Of a stretch of 64,000 bases of DNA, positions 1-13,512 are shown piece by piece. The DNA is from Podarcis bocagei. Taxonomy: Eukaryota. The notes beneath the pieces were generated by a model. It was not told the origin of the DNA and searched no databases. It saw only the letters and a list, made by a program, of their open reading frames with translations. Location: the NCBI GenBank assembly GCA_964188305.1, contig OZ076888.1; one strand, given 5' to 3'. Positions within the stretch are counted from its first letter, which is position 1, and each line of letters opens with the position of its first letter. Position numbers and translations under genes: made by a program.

Positions 1-1
1 C

Positions 2-1183
2 CATAAAGATGAGGAAGCAAAGAAGACTGAGAAGACAATTGAAAATTCAAGATTAAGTGAAAACACAGAGTCACAGAAAGAGGAAAAGGAGATTGGCACA
101 GTAGCATCTGAAACTAACGTTGAGCCCAGTCTAAAAACAGAGGAAGGAAAGGACTTCACAAATGAATCAACGGTTGAAAACAAACAAGAAACAATTCCTG
201 ATGATGGAGGCAGCAGTGCAGAAATTACAGATGCAGTCTCTAAAGCAGCTGGTGTGAAAGAAGAAAGTACCACAAACCTCCAAGAAAATGAAATGGAAGA
301 GGCAAAGCCTACCGAAGGAATTAAAGAGGTTGAGGAATTGCAAGGGGATGACAAATGTAAAGAGGGTAATCTGAAAGAGGCCGAAAGTCAGAAAAATGAA
401 GTTACTGCAGGTACTGAGGAATCACAGGTGAAGGTCATAGCTGAGACAGCTGATGAACCACAGAAGCAAAAAAAAGAAGGTACCAGTAGTCCACAAGAGA
501 TTGACAGTACTGGCAACAATCTGGTCACTGATGTAGATAAAGTGCTTGAAAATGCTCAGGAGCCAGCAGAGTGCCTGGCTGAGGATGCTTCTGAGAAAGT
601 CTCAGAAATGAGGAAAATGGTAGATTCTGATCAGCAGTTAGTTGAGGGATACAATGACGATTCAAAGAAGACAAGCAGCACAAAGGAAACAGAGGTCAGT
701 GTTTCAGAAAGAGCAGACAACATTGAGCATAAGCCAGCAGACAAAAAACTTACTGAAGAGGCAAGCACTGAGGAAAGGAACATTGCACCAGGGGATAAAA
801 TTGCAGAACCTGAACATAAAGTAGAAAACAGAGCTGAGGATAAGCATGAGAATAATATACAAATGGACACAGACCAATCAGCAGTTTCCAGTGGTTTGCC
901 AGTTGAAAATAAGCTTGAAGATTCTGCAGCCAAGCAGATGCATGAACATGAGGTGTCTCCGGTACCCAATATTAGCATTAGCTCTGCAGAAAATGAGGCA
1001 GAAGATAAATCTGGCAATCAGGATAGTGTTGAAAACTCGCATCATGTTGATTCTGAAAGCACTAAAGAAAATGATACAGATTCAGGCAGAGGTTCCACTG
1101 CTGACAACAGCAGCATTGATTTGAACTTGTCCATTTCCAGTTTCCTCACTAAAAACAAGGAGAGTGGATCAATATCTTTACAA
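2..1183 (+). CDS. SLK: SLK large acidic exon (human exon 9 equivalent), 5'-truncated by the window
   Basis: Frame open from position 2; E/K-rich; ends DSGRGSTADNSSIDLNLSISSFLTKNKESGSISLQ; donor CAA|gtaaga at 1184. Confidence 0.93.
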
Positions 1184-1792
1184 GTAAGAGTCAGCAATTC
1201 TATTAGTAACATAGAGATACAGATCAAGGTAGCTAGCTTGCAGCCCATGCACTGGATTTGCCCCACCAATCCATAGGAAGTGGCTCACTAGCTTCCACAG
1301 CTTGTCTCTGAATCTGATCAGGAGATAAAATTTCTCTACCTGTTCTTTAGATAGGATCTTAAAGGTATGAGATAAAATCAGAAAATCTGGGATTCTGTCT
1401 CCATTCTAAGCCCAAGACTAAGATCAGAGATGAAGCTCTCTGCCTGCTTTTTAAGAACAAAAGGCAGCATATTCCTCCACTCCAGCACAGGGGTAGGTGC
1501 AAAATAAAAGGCTGTGTTTCCAGCCTTTACTACACCAATGCTGGAATAAGAAAGGCTGGAAATACTGAGTCTTTATGTGTGTGTAAGAGAACGAGAGAGT
1601 TGTGTATAGAACTGGTGAGCATGGTATGTATACATATGTGGTGATGCATGTATGTTTGGTCCATATGTGAGCTGTATGGAAGTGCATGTGTATACCATGG
1701 TCCTCAGAGGGGTAGTTAAATATCAATGTGGCCCTTGAGCAAAAAAATGTTAGCTAGCCTTAATATAGGCAATGTGTAACATACACACTAGA

Positions 1793-2153
1793 GGGACGCG
1801 GGTGGTGCTGTTGTCTAAACCACAGAGCCTAGGGCTTGCCGATCGGAAGGTCGCCGGTTCAAATCCCCACGACGGGGTGAGCTCCCATTGTTCAGTCCCA
1901 GCTCCTGCCCACCTAGCAGTTCGAAAAGACGTCAAAGTGCAAGTAGATCAATAGGTACCGCTCCGGCGGGAAGGTAAACGGCGTTTCCATGTGCTGTTCT
2001 GGTTTGCTAGAAGCAGCTTAGTCATGTTGGCCACATGACCCGGAAACTGTCTGCAGACAAACGCCAGCTCCCTCGGCCTATAGAGCGAGATGAGTGCACA
2101 ACCCCAGAGTCGTCCACAACTGGACCTAACAGTCAGGGGTACCTCTAAATTTT
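1793..2153 (+). mobile_element. Sauria SINE (tRNA-derived head, BovB-type tail), full length
   Basis: Starts GGGACGCGGGTGG, B-box-like GGTTCAAATCC, ends GGGGTACCTCTAAATTTT; flanked by TSD TAACATACACACTA (1777-1790 and 2154-2167). Confidence 0.88.
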
Positions 2154-2699
2154 TAACATACACACTATATAATATATTTTATGTTTATAACTAGATATCT
2201 GTCTACAAATTTAAGTGAAGTTTCCTGAATTCATGCAGAATAAGAATGTTAAGGCTGTTACCCTAGATGTCCATAGTAGAGAGTAAATTACGTTTAAATT
2301 ATAAGTATATACTTCTGAATTAACAGCTTGAAAATAGGTTTGAATTATCTTTCTGTTCTTGGTTACTTTTGTAAAAGTGAAGGTGGATTGCATATTTAGC
2401 AGTTATTCAGATGATTACTTTAGTTCAGCCTTGTCTGTATATTCAGTAGTATACTGGTCCAAAATGGCCAGTTGAAGAAATGAATTCTTCTTTAAGAACA
2501 TACCTCATAGCAAACTTGAGTCCACCTTTGCCCATCTTGTGAAAAGAAACAGAATTAAATAAAGAAATTTAGTATCTAATTCTGTTGGTTGGAAACTGAA
2601 ATCTTTGAACTTGCAGGCTTTGGGTTCTTTCAAAAATAAGTAAAGGTTGGACTAGTATGCTTTATGCAGCACAGAAATAATGCATGATCTTTTATTCAG

Positions 2700-2830
2700 G
2701 AAACTAAAAGACACAAGAAAACATTAAAGAAAACTCGCAAATTTGTTGTTGATGGTGTGGAAGTAAGTGTGACTACCTCTAAAATTGTAACAGAAAGTGA
2801 TTCTAAAAGTGAAGAATTACGATATCTTCG
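2700..2830 (+). CDS. SLK: SLK exon (131 nt)
   Basis: ttcag|GAAACT...CTTCG|gtgag; [43 protein letters not shown]. Confidence 0.95.
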
Positions 2831-2979
2831 GTGAGTTTGAAAATACCCATTCTTAATGACAGAGGATTTCTTCTCTGAATTAAAACAACTTTTCTCATGC
2901 TTGTTTTTAATAACTTACTGTGGTTTGATTATATTTAACAAAATTCATGTTGTCCCTTTAAATAACGTATGAATCAATC

Positions 2980-3329
2980 CAGAGGTCCTCATCATCTGAG
3001 GCCCTTCTTTGTGTGCCTTCTCCATGAGAGGTCTGGCGGGTAACAGCACGAGAATGGGCCTTTTCTGTGTTGGCTCCGTGGTTGTTGAATTCTCTCCCCA
3101 TCTCTTACATGGCACCTTCATTACATATTTTTAGATGCCAGCCAAAAACATTCCTCTTCTCCCCGACCCTTGTCTAATTAAACAATCTATGGCCCAGTAG
3201 GAGAGTATTGTTTTCGTTTGTTACTATGTTGTGCATTTTTGTGTTTTTCTACTGTAAACTGCCCTGTAATCCTCGGATGAAGGACAGTATCGAAATTTAA
3301 TAAATAATAATAATAAATAAATAAATAAT
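2980..3329 (+). mobile_element. L2-type LINE 3' end fragment
   Basis: GGCCTTTTCTGTGTTGGCTCC...TGAATTCTCTCCC motif; ends GTAAACTGCCCTG...GAAGGACAGTAT plus (AAT/AAAT)n tail. Confidence 0.6.
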
Positions 3330-3438
3330 ATTTCTGCACAGCCCCCCAATGCATCTACACTGTACACTGATGCAGAATTCTGAACTCGGTCTGTTTCTTT
3401 CTCCCCTGCGATACTGCTTCCATTCTCCTTCCTACCAG

Positions 3439-3562
3439 GCGTCAAGAATTAAGAGAGTTACGACTTCTACAAAAAGAAGAGCAGCGAGCTCAACAGCAGC
3501 TTAGTAATAAACTTTTACAACAAAGAGAACAGATGTTCAGGCGCTTTGAACAAGAAATGACG
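3439..3562 (+). CDS. SLK: SLK exon (124 nt)
   Basis: accag|GCGT...ATGACG|gtaag; [41 protein letters not shown]. Confidence 0.95.
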
Positions 3563-4599
3563 GTAAGGTTTGATTCCCTTGCACCCACATTTTGCAGGCC
3601 CCTTATTTTGAGTTAATTTACTTAATGTAAGCAGCCTAGAAGTCATTCTAGGTATAGCCTTGCCCTTGTTGCCACATTTCATCTTACGTATTATAAATGA
3701 AACTTGCATACCAAAAGCCTTAACTGAACTGCAAACTACTGCAATGGTAGCCCTGCATGTAGTCACTGTCTGCCAACAGTGGAAAAGGCAGTGAAGCGCT
3801 GCAATGTTTAGCTTGAGAGTGTCTTGTTAAGGCATGGTCGGTACTAGAATTGGCAGAATGTGGCCACTTCTTACCCTTGAAGGTTAGAAACGTTTATTTT
3901 CTACTTGTAGGTAGTGAATGCAGCTTTACAGGATTGCTATACTGAAGAGGAAGCTGTTGCATACTTTGACAACTGTAGAAAATATCTCAAAATAATTTCA
4001 GAGGCCCAGTTCATGATTTTTGCCTTTCTGTAGTAGACTGTGGTACCCAAAACACTGTGATCTTCTAGCCCATGTGCAATTATTTTTTCCTTGCAGTGGA
4101 TAATAAAAAAACTTATTTGAAAAAGTGTTCTATGTATTGGGGGGGGTCTGCTTATTCATTGGGCAGAGAAAAATACTCCCTATTATATCTGAAACAGGCT
4201 CCTGTATTAAAGATTGCATACAAAACAAAACTTAGCCACTATACGCTTAACAAAATAGTTTATGTATGTTGAGTTCCAAATATTAGATTCTCAAGAGCTG
4301 AATTTGTGTGTGTTTGTGTTCAAGAAGGAAATAAACTTTATAGTATCAGTCCCAGTTCTGCCAATATTTTTAAACTCTGTGCAATAACAATTAGTTCCAC
4401 TTCTGATTCTGAGTTTTGAAGACTTTCTATGGGGTTTTTAAAGTATTTTTTGTGCTTCATAACGGCAGAAATCTAGTTAGAAAATCTAGGAACTGAAAAG
4501 CATAGGCAATTGTTACTTGTGCAGACTTCCTCTGCCCTGCCTCAAACCCATCAAGTTCAACAATAGGTAAATATAAAATTTAATGGAATTATTTTTCAG

Positions 4600-4779
4600 A
4601 GCAAGAAGCGGCAGTATGACCAGGAGATTGAAAACCTGGAAAAACAGCAGAAACAGACAATAGAGCGCTTGGAACAGGAACATACAAATCGCTTACGTGA
4701 TGAAGCAAAACGCATCAAAGCAGAACAGGAGAAAGAATTGTCCAAATTTCAGAACATGCTGAAAAACAGGAAAAAAGAG
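4600..4779 (+). CDS. SLK: SLK exon (180 nt)
   Basis: ttcag|AGCAAG...AAAGAG|gtaaa; SKKRQYDQEIENLEKQQKQTIERLEQEHTNRLRDEAKRIK... Confidence 0.95.
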
Positions 4780-5829
4780 GTAAATACTATTTATTTAGTT
4801 GGAAAAAATAAGGTTGGTATTTCTTGGTCTCCAGTGATGTCTGCAGTCTTACTTTGAAAAAAAGATGTATCACCATAAGATGCCTCAACAGTAGATGTAT
4901 TTTTATAATAATATTTAGCACTGAAAAGTTTTTTAAAATAAAAAACAGCCATGTGCAATGAAAATAGTAACCTTATATAGCAGCAAAGAAAATATAATGA
5001 AAAAACAATTATATGGTGTAGATGTCTCCACCCTTATGATTTAAACATCATCGTTAGCATAGAAGTTTCGCCATTTATTTGGAACAGTATCAAATGTTAT
5101 ATGTAGTCAATACCTGTATGTTACAGACAATGTAAAATTGATCTAGGAGTTCAATAGGGAGAACTGCTAGAATCCATTGCACACATATCTGTCACATGTG
5201 CCTCTTTGGATATGTGTGACAAATAAAGATTTTCCTTACTATATTCAGTACATATAAAAGCAGCACAAAGGTGGAGGGATGAGGATATTTGTGCATTGGT
5301 TCATGAAACATTCATAACAAAATGCAATGGTTTTTTGTTTTTCTTTTTACTTGTAGTTGAATTTGTTAAAAAGGTGATTTAATTAACTTTGTGTGGAAGA
5401 GTCTAGAACTCTGTGCTGTGGAAGACTACTCTGTGCCTCCAGAAAATCTTAAAACTGCAATCTTAAGCAACTTTGTTTGCATTCATAATTCTGATAGCAA
5501 GATTTATTGTTGCCAACTTGGTTCTACACATTATAAAGCCATTTAAACTAATAATCTAGATTCAGCTGTTGAGCCCCGCTAGCAGAAGCCTGCACGTGGA
5601 CATTGGATAATGCAACAGGGCTTTCTTCCTCCCTCCGCACAGCATTATAGTGGCTCGGATGGAGAAGGATAACCTCCAGAACAGCACACTGGAATAGGAG
5701 AGCAAGCTCTTTCCATTTGGCAAGATGAAACACTTGTGCTGGAAGAACAATTACCATCGCACTACTTTGAATTAGTCCCAGTGAACCTAACTTAAGTGAA
5801 TCTACCCTGAGTAGGACTAGCATTGGATA

Positions 5830-6070
5830 CAGTGGTACCTTGGTTTGCATACGTCTTGGTTTGCATATATTTTGGATTACAAACACATCAAACCCAGAAG
5901 TGCATGTTCTGATTTGCAACCCTTTTTTGGATTGCAACCGATTTTTTTTGGATTACGAACAAATTTTGGGGGGAGGCCCCATTGGCGAAAGCGCGCCTTG
6001 GGTTACAACCTGTTTTGGTTTACAAATGGACCTCCGGAACGGATTATGGTTGTAAACCAAGGTACCACTG
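5830..6070. mobile_element. Tc1/mariner-pogo (Tigger-like) MITE
   Basis: TIR CAGTGGTACCTTGGTTT / AAACCAAGGTACCACTG; TA TSD on both sides. Confidence 0.85.
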
Positions 6071-7261
6071 TATAACCCTTGATCTTTCAGAATGACTCAC
6101 ATGGGGGATTGATTGTAATATATGTTAAGGACTAGAAATGATAAAGGGATAAAGGGATTTTTTAAATTTAATTTGAGTTTAGTTTGAGTTCAGCAGAGAG
6201 CATAGTTATGTATCAAGTTCAATTGATTTAAAATCAAACTAAATTGAAATTTGTATTCTTTCATTACACTGGATGGGAGAAATACAGCTGTGCAAAATGC
6301 AGAAATTCTACCTATGATCTCATTGTTCTGCAGAAAGTGCCTGTAATCTTTTACTTCTCATCTTAACTTTTAAAAAAGCAGTTCAACAATTTCTAGATAA
6401 TATACCAATTTTGAGGCATATAATATGAACAGATTGCACAGATTTCTAGGTGCTTTCATTTGGTTTTTAAACAACTTTTCATGATTTTTATACTAAGTAA
6501 TATATGTCATTTAATCTCCAAGATACCATCACTTGTGTTTAATTTGCACAATATTGACTATTACTTCTTCTTTTTGCTGAATTTCTTGCACTCTGAGTCT
6601 CTATTGGTAATTGGGTCTCAAAAGGAAATCTGGTGAAGAGGTTTAATGCACTCAGGACCAATCTTTTTCATTGAACAGTAGCATGTGGTGATTTGGGCTT
6701 TGTTTTCTTTGGTTTCTTTGACTTTTAAACAGCCATTTGTTCTTGGATAGTTGTGACCTCCTAGTTCTTTTGTAGGAAATAACATCTAGAGTACTGAATC
6801 TCTTCATGAGAGTATGAAAAATACACAATCATACTTTTGATTATCTATATAACATGCATTATTATTTCCTGACAAAATTATCCTTTAGATCCTTTGACAT
6901 ACATTGCTGAAAAATATTTGTAAGTGGTTGCCTTCTTTGAATGTCACTAGCTAGATAAGCTATATGAAACTAGACACTTGATTTACACTTTCCTATGCTC
7001 TGCAAATGCCCCTTTTGAGGTGGCTTACTTTTATGAAAGTTGTTCTTTAGACAATTGTGTCTCAAATGAGACATAATGTCAACAGTAGCTGTTATTTTTT
7101 GAGAAATCTAAACATCCTGCTATTTTGGAGCTTTTCCATGACGGTAAAATCATTTGTTGTCCCTCCCAATATCATTCTTCCTTTGACAACGGTCTTAAAT
7201 TCCTTTGTGTTATACTGAATGATTGCATAAAAAGTAAATGTAAAAGCATCTAATTAGTAGT

Positions 7262-7499
7262 TGCATGCAAAATGAAACTAGTTTCTAGAATACGATTAGC
7301 TCGTGCACTTCTTTGTAGAATGCAGTCCGCAAATGCTTTGTGCATGTCTGCTTCTTCCATCCATCTTCTGCCAAGCTAACTCTTCTGGCTTCAATGCATG
7401 CTCTCTGATAACCTTTATAATGCCTGACCTGCTCCTCTCGTATTCACCATAAAATGCTTGCTGTGGAGAAAAAGGGTTATCTTCCCCACCTTCTGCATG
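7262..7499 (+). promoter_or_regulatory. Cluster of four RBFOX motifs (TGCATG) upstream of the SLK 93-nt exon
   Basis: TGCATG at 7262, 7341, 7395 and 7494, all within ~250 nt of the acceptor. Confidence 0.7.
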
Positions 7500-7513
7500 C
7501 TTGTGCACTATAG

Positions 7514-7606
7514 GTTTTTAATGAAGTGGAGAAAGCACCAAAAGAGCTGAGAAAAGAGCTCATGAAACGCAAGAAAGAGGAACTTTCTCAATCCCAGCAT
7601 GCTCAG
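7514..7606 (+). CDS. SLK: SLK alternative cassette exon (93 nt, human exon 13 equivalent)
   Basis: tatag|GTTTTT...GCTCAG|gtaac; VFNEVEKAPKELRKELMKRKKEELSQSQHAQ; phase 0-0. Confidence 0.93.
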
Positions 7607-9109
7607 GTAACCGCAGCAGCTTCATGCTTCTAAAAACAACCAAGCAGCTTTGTTCACAATAGCTTTAACCATTCCATAGTGGTTGCTTTTTGTTTTCCCT
7701 CTGAGTAAATATGATATTGATTTGTAATGACTGACCATTCTTAAAACCGTAGCTCAAACGTGTCATATAAACAGAAGTGCAATCTATTCAGTATTCATTT
7801 ACTTAGATGTGATTAGTTAGAACAACAGCCAAAGTTATAAAAATGCAATTTATGTAGTTAGTGTGTATTCAGGTGTGGATATGAATTTCAGGCTGTAATG
7901 TCTACTTTATTCAGGGCATTTACCATAAAGAATAACGTTATCAAAGTGTAAAAGTAGTAAATAATATTTTTATAAGCAATTTTTCATTATATCTTACCTT
8001 TGAATCTTTTAATCCCAGGCAATGCAGTTGACATGATGGTGTCCATGTTTATTATTTAATGGCTTGCCTGTACTTTCTGTGTTCCAAGCATGCTATTGCA
8101 GCAGACATACTATTGATTACATTTCCTGTCTGAAACGAAGCGCATCTGAAATATATAAGGATCTGGGTGTGTGGCAGTGTATATAGTGATTAAGGCTATG
8201 AAGAACTCTTCACTTGTTGTTGACATTCCTTGTCTTGGTATTAAATCCCAGACTAAGTACAGATAACTTCTGATATCCATGAATACTTCCTATGTATTCA
8301 TGTACAATGAGACTGAAGTACTTCTGAAGTAATGCTTCAGGTATACATTTTTTAAGTGAGCTGTATCACAGTTTCTGTACAAGGATGTGAGGGGGTCAGG
8401 AGACTGCTGCTGAACTCCCTGAATGACAGAGAAATCTCAGGAGTCAGTGCACTAAAGAAATGCAGGTGGAATGTTAGGGGAGTGAAAGAGAGGAAAGAGA
8501 GTTAAAATGGAGGCATTGCCAGACTGTCCAAAGCCAGTTTATCTCATGTATGGAGCAGAATCCAGCTTTTGCAGATATTCACAGTAGTGTATGCTACTGC
8601 CTTCTAAAGACAACTGTGTATATTTGAATGTGCACATCTCTTGGAACTGGATATTTGAGAAGGTGTACGTCCAGCCAATATTGTACTACATGAAGGCTTA
8701 TTGAGTAACTACAGTCTTAACTATATTGGAGAAAATTCATTAATATCTTTTGGGCACAGAGAGTTAACAATATAGGTTAAATAGAACTAGGTTGTAGGGC
8801 ATTATCTAGCAAAATAAAATAAATACTGAAGACATGACATAAAGGTTTTTACGTTGTTTTGCAATTGGTGTCTTTATGAATACAGTGTAATTTTTGTTCT
8901 CATAGCTCCACCCACATCACTGTAGGTATAAACTATAGCTTCAGAAATTTTACATCTTTTAACAGAAGTAATTCAGTGCAACTTCTACTTTTAGGGAGGG
9001 AGGTGCTCCACTAATGAGTCATACAGTCTTATTGCTTATGTTCGGTGTTTGAATGCATGGTTTGTGCTTGCATTCTGACCTCGGAAGTACATTGTATTCT
9101 GCTCTGCAG

Positions 9110-9181
9110 GGCGTTGCTCAGGTTATGATTCAGTCTTTTCAGTTGTCCTCATGTACCCTCTTCAATGCAATAATGCAGGAT
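9110..9181 (+). CDS. SLK: Candidate second alternative SLK exon (72 nt, 24 aa)
   Basis: ctctgcag|GGCGTT...CAGGAT|gtaagt; phase 0-0, no stops; GVAQVMIQSFQLSSCTLFNAIMQD. Confidence 0.7.
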
Positions 9182-10494
9182 GTAAGTCCAACATGCCAAA
9201 AATTGGATGTTTCCTCTGTAGTTCTAGCTTATTGTTCTGCTTTTTCTCTGACACGCATGTGCTGATGAATTTTTTAAAAAAATCTAAAAATGTGTTCATC
9301 TGCACAAAGATTGTGATGGACAAACTGGGCAAATGAGACTTGTTGATTTTCAGCACATGTGTGAAACCAGTGCTATGTTTTGCTTTTCTGTGTGCAGTGA
9401 AACAGGCATTTTCCAGAATGCTTCCTGATACCACCTGACAATGGGTGTTCCCTGCTGTACCCTTATAGAGTCAGCCATCCTAAGTTTTGACTCATGGGGC
9501 AAGGAACACCCTTGTGACATTTTTTTCTTCTCTGCCTTGTGCAGTAGTGGTAATTTATTTTTTAAACAAACCCGCTTCTACCTTTGTGTTCTCTCTTCTG
9601 TTCCACCAGATGGTAGTTGAGATTTTAGTAGGAAGGTGGAAAGTTTGCTTTGCAAGCTTTATTGAAATGGCCTTTTGTTACATGGCTCTGGGAACAGGAA
9701 TCTGTAGAACATCCAGGCTCCCCATCAGCACTGTATACCAAATCTCTCTGCCTCTTTTAATTGCGTAACAATGTTAGTGATCACAAGCCTGGCATGGAAG
9801 TCTATGTCAACTGACCTTCCATTCACAAAACTACAGAATAGGCTGTGGTGATATATTTTATCTAATCTAGGTTATTCTCATGTTTTGTGTTCTAAAACAT
9901 ACTCATCTAAACTGAGGAAACCTCAGGACTAAAACACTACTTGCTTTCATTTCAGTTTAATAATCCAGCTCCTGCAATTTGACAGAATTGCTGCTTGAGA
10001 AGGGCAGGTACATTTGCCATTTGTCTCACTTCATCAAAGCCATCAAGTAGACAGTGGACCTATACCTTTCTTGTTGTTGACATCTGTTGTTCTTGTTGTT
10101 AACATCTGTCTCTACAGATCTGGGTTTTTGGATTTGTCTCTACACATTTTTTCCTGCTTTTCATTAGAATTTTGATAGTGGTAGACTACAAACTTTTCCT
10201 CCCTCTCTTCCTCTCACATGCTCCCCCCCCCCCCGCATCTTCTGAAATTTGCTTTGGGGGTTTCCTTCAACTCTCCAGGGAGTTGAGACAGTTCAGTCCC
10301 TAATATTGATGTGAAGACGGTAGCATTTGTAAAAAAAAATGATTCTGAAGGTAAAGCTTTCAGTTTTGGGGGGATGTTTAAAATAATGCATATTTTCTAT
10401 AGTTTTCAGGAAACACAAGTTAACCAAAGTTGAATATATTTCAGTCTCACTGACTTTCGTTAGGAGAGAATTAAAAAAAGAAACTATACTTTAA

Positions 10495-10530
<36 letters not shown>
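10495..10530. repeat. (CTAT)n microsatellite
   Basis: About 9 perfect tetranucleotide units. Confidence 0.9.
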
Positions 10531-13512
10531 GTATGTATTGTACAGATATTCCACACTTACATAATTTATAATTTCCAGAAAATGTCTTTGTCATTGATCT
10601 AATACATATATAATAAGAGTGATATCTAAACTGTGGAATTGTGCAGTAGAGGCTTCCAGGTCCTCCCTTCTGGTTAGTGTTAACTCTAGTTTGGTGTTAT
10701 GTTTACCTCACCACTAAATATGCTTAGTTTTTAAACTAAGATTTGAAAATTGCAGTGAAAATCTACTTTTCAAGTTTTGATTAAAACTAACCATGCTTAG
10801 CACTGGTGCAAACTTAATGTTGCATTGTAGTTAATGCTAACCAGGGGTTATTTGCATGCAAAAAGGGGAAAGGGACCTTAAGAACCTAATGTCCCCACAG
10901 AGGATCACTATCATTACTGCTGCACTGTTCCATTGTCCATCTAATTTCTTTGCTACATTGTGCTTTTCCTGAAGAGGATGAATAAATAGAATCACATAAG
11001 TTCATTTTGGGGGGTTTTGGCAAATGGATTCCTCATTTTCCTCCTCCCCCACCCACTTAATAGAACCTTCTGTTTAATCCCTTGTAGCTTTTAAAAGTGA
11101 GTTAGCATGTGGCATAAAGAAGCTGCTGTTAGGAAAAGAAGTTACAAATTCTGATGGATGTACAAATCTTCCTATATGGTGCTTTCTGTTGGTTCTTGTG
11201 AGATGAGTAGGAACATCAGACATCGGATAACATCTTCATCAAATTGGTCAGATGCAATTTGTCTGAAGATTACTAGCAAGTAAAAAACTGTGATCAGGGC
11301 GGATGATTTCTGTGCAACCTGGCCTGGAGGTGAACTTTGCAGATTTGTTATTTATTTTCTCATTTGTGTCCATAAATCACACGTCTTCCTTTTATATGAA
11401 CCTTTTGAACTACAAGGACATCAGATGTGACTTACCCAATGCATAAAACATGGACCTGTCTCAACATGACGTGTCCCTGTTGCATAAATTTTATTATATA
11501 ATAGAGAGAGATACCATGTGCCCACCCCACACCTAGAAATAATGTGTAAGTGCTCAGACATTGTTAGATTTCCACACAGCCTTCTTTCCGTTCGTGGAAT
11601 GATCTGTATAGGATTGGATCAACTTCTAATGTAGGGCCAATATTTCTAGTTATTTTCTGAGCTTGTGACATCTGTTTTCATAAAGCTCCTTTCCACAAAA
11701 TAGGTGATAAATACTTCACATGTAACCACTTCCATTAAAATAGCTACACGTGACTTGTTATGTTACTCTTTGGAAGCCTTTTTCTTGTGTATGTGCACTG
11801 TTCAAAATGTGCATCTGGAAGCCATTGGCCTCATTTCCCCAGCACTTGCTTATCTACCAGCCTCACATTACACGCTATAGGTGCTGCAGCTTAATAAGTA
11901 CGTCAGTTGCCTAATGTGAAACTGTTTACAGTGCCATTGAGGAGCCAATCTTGTAAATTCTGCATTTTGAATTTTGGAAGTGTTTGGTCTTTTAAGCTAT
12001 CACGTGTCCTCTACCTGGTCTGGGTATCTTGCTCTGAAACATGAAAATACAATGTTGAAAATATAATAGGCATCCTTATCTTGGAGAGGATTCATGTGGG
12101 CCAGAGGTTTCCCCAGACTTTGCACATGTTGTTTAAAAGACAGATGTACACATTCTAACCTAAAGCTTTTCAGTATCCTTCGCACATAGAGTGAATCGAG
12201 ACAGTTCAATTGATTCTCAAGAGTAATTTGCCATCCATTGTTAACAGATAGCAAGAGAGAGCTGGTTCTGTGCAGCAAATATTCTTGTTTATATGAAGGC
12301 TTTTTTTTTTTACACGGGTTAAATCCCCTCCCCAGTTTCCATTTCTGCTTGAAAGTAATGATTGAGACAGAAAATAGACATTTTCTTCCCACAAAATACA
12401 TTAAACCTATCTCAGTTGCAGTAATTTTCAGCCATTTATTTATATTTGCTGTTCCTTGGACTATTCTGACCTTCATCCCACCCTGCTTTCTTCCTCCTTA
12501 AGTGATCCCAGCCATTTATGGATCATATAATGGACATGTCACAATAGCACTATGTACTGAATCTGATATGGCTATTTGTCAACATCAAGAAGTCTTTTAG
12601 AGTAAAGGCAGTGTTTCCTAAACTGGACAGTGATCAATCCTAGCCCCCAAGGGATTATGAAATGGACACTTTTCCCAGCTATTTCTGTAACAATCTACCA
12701 AAAAGAAAGAAACCAGAAAATTTTGGGGGTGGGGTGGCTTTCTTTTAATTTTGAACAAGTTTTTTCTGAAGCAGCTCAGCCCTAGTCTTGTCATTTGTTG
12801 CTTTCCTAAACAGAATTTTGTTTACTTGGTAATTTAATATAAATGCATTAATAATAATTTGCAAGCAAATTTGTATAAGATTTGAACTTAATGTTCTTAA
12901 ATTAAAGATTCTCTAAGTTGTGTGTGTTTTTTCCATATTTGCTGATTAGCATAAAGGCTGTAATGGCCCGGCATACAAAGACATAGCAGGGTACAGCAAC
13001 TGATCTGACAAGCTACTTGCCCACGAAGAATTAACTTGGGCTGGCAAGTGGCTGCCCGCAAGGCTGTCTCATATATAATTGACCAAATTATATGTTTGCT
13101 GAAAAAGCAGTAATTGGTGGAGGGAAAAGAAAGAGAGAGAACTCATAGGGCCCATTAGTTTCCCAGTATAGGTTTGCTACTGTTGAGAAATGCATGTTTC
13201 CCCTCACACTTTATAGTGCTGAGCACTTCAAATGCTGTGGTAAGTACAGCAAGCTCACTTGCTGTGTAAATGTTTTAATTGACCCTTAGAAAATAATGTT
13301 GTGATTTGAATATGGGTTACCCAGGTTCAGATCCCTGTTTGAAGTTTGGCTTGTGGCAAAGTGTGTGCATCTTTCGCTCTCCGCATATTGCGCCTTACCT
13401 GCTAGTTGTGAGCTAAAAGGCTGCTCCGAGATCCTTTAGAAGAAGGCTGTATACAAATTAAGACATCTGAGACTTGTGCATAATGTACTCAATTTGGCTT
13501 AATTTCCGATAG

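Noticed and set aside
631-1017. 128-aa minus-strand ORF
   Set aside because: Antisense shadow of the biased SLK exon
254-1276. 340-aa ORF as a standalone gene
   Set aside because: It is an internal SLK exon; the frame is open from position 2 and the last 30 codons are intron read-through past the donor at 1184
1793-1870. tRNA gene
   Set aside because: The A/B-box-like motifs belong to the Sauria SINE head
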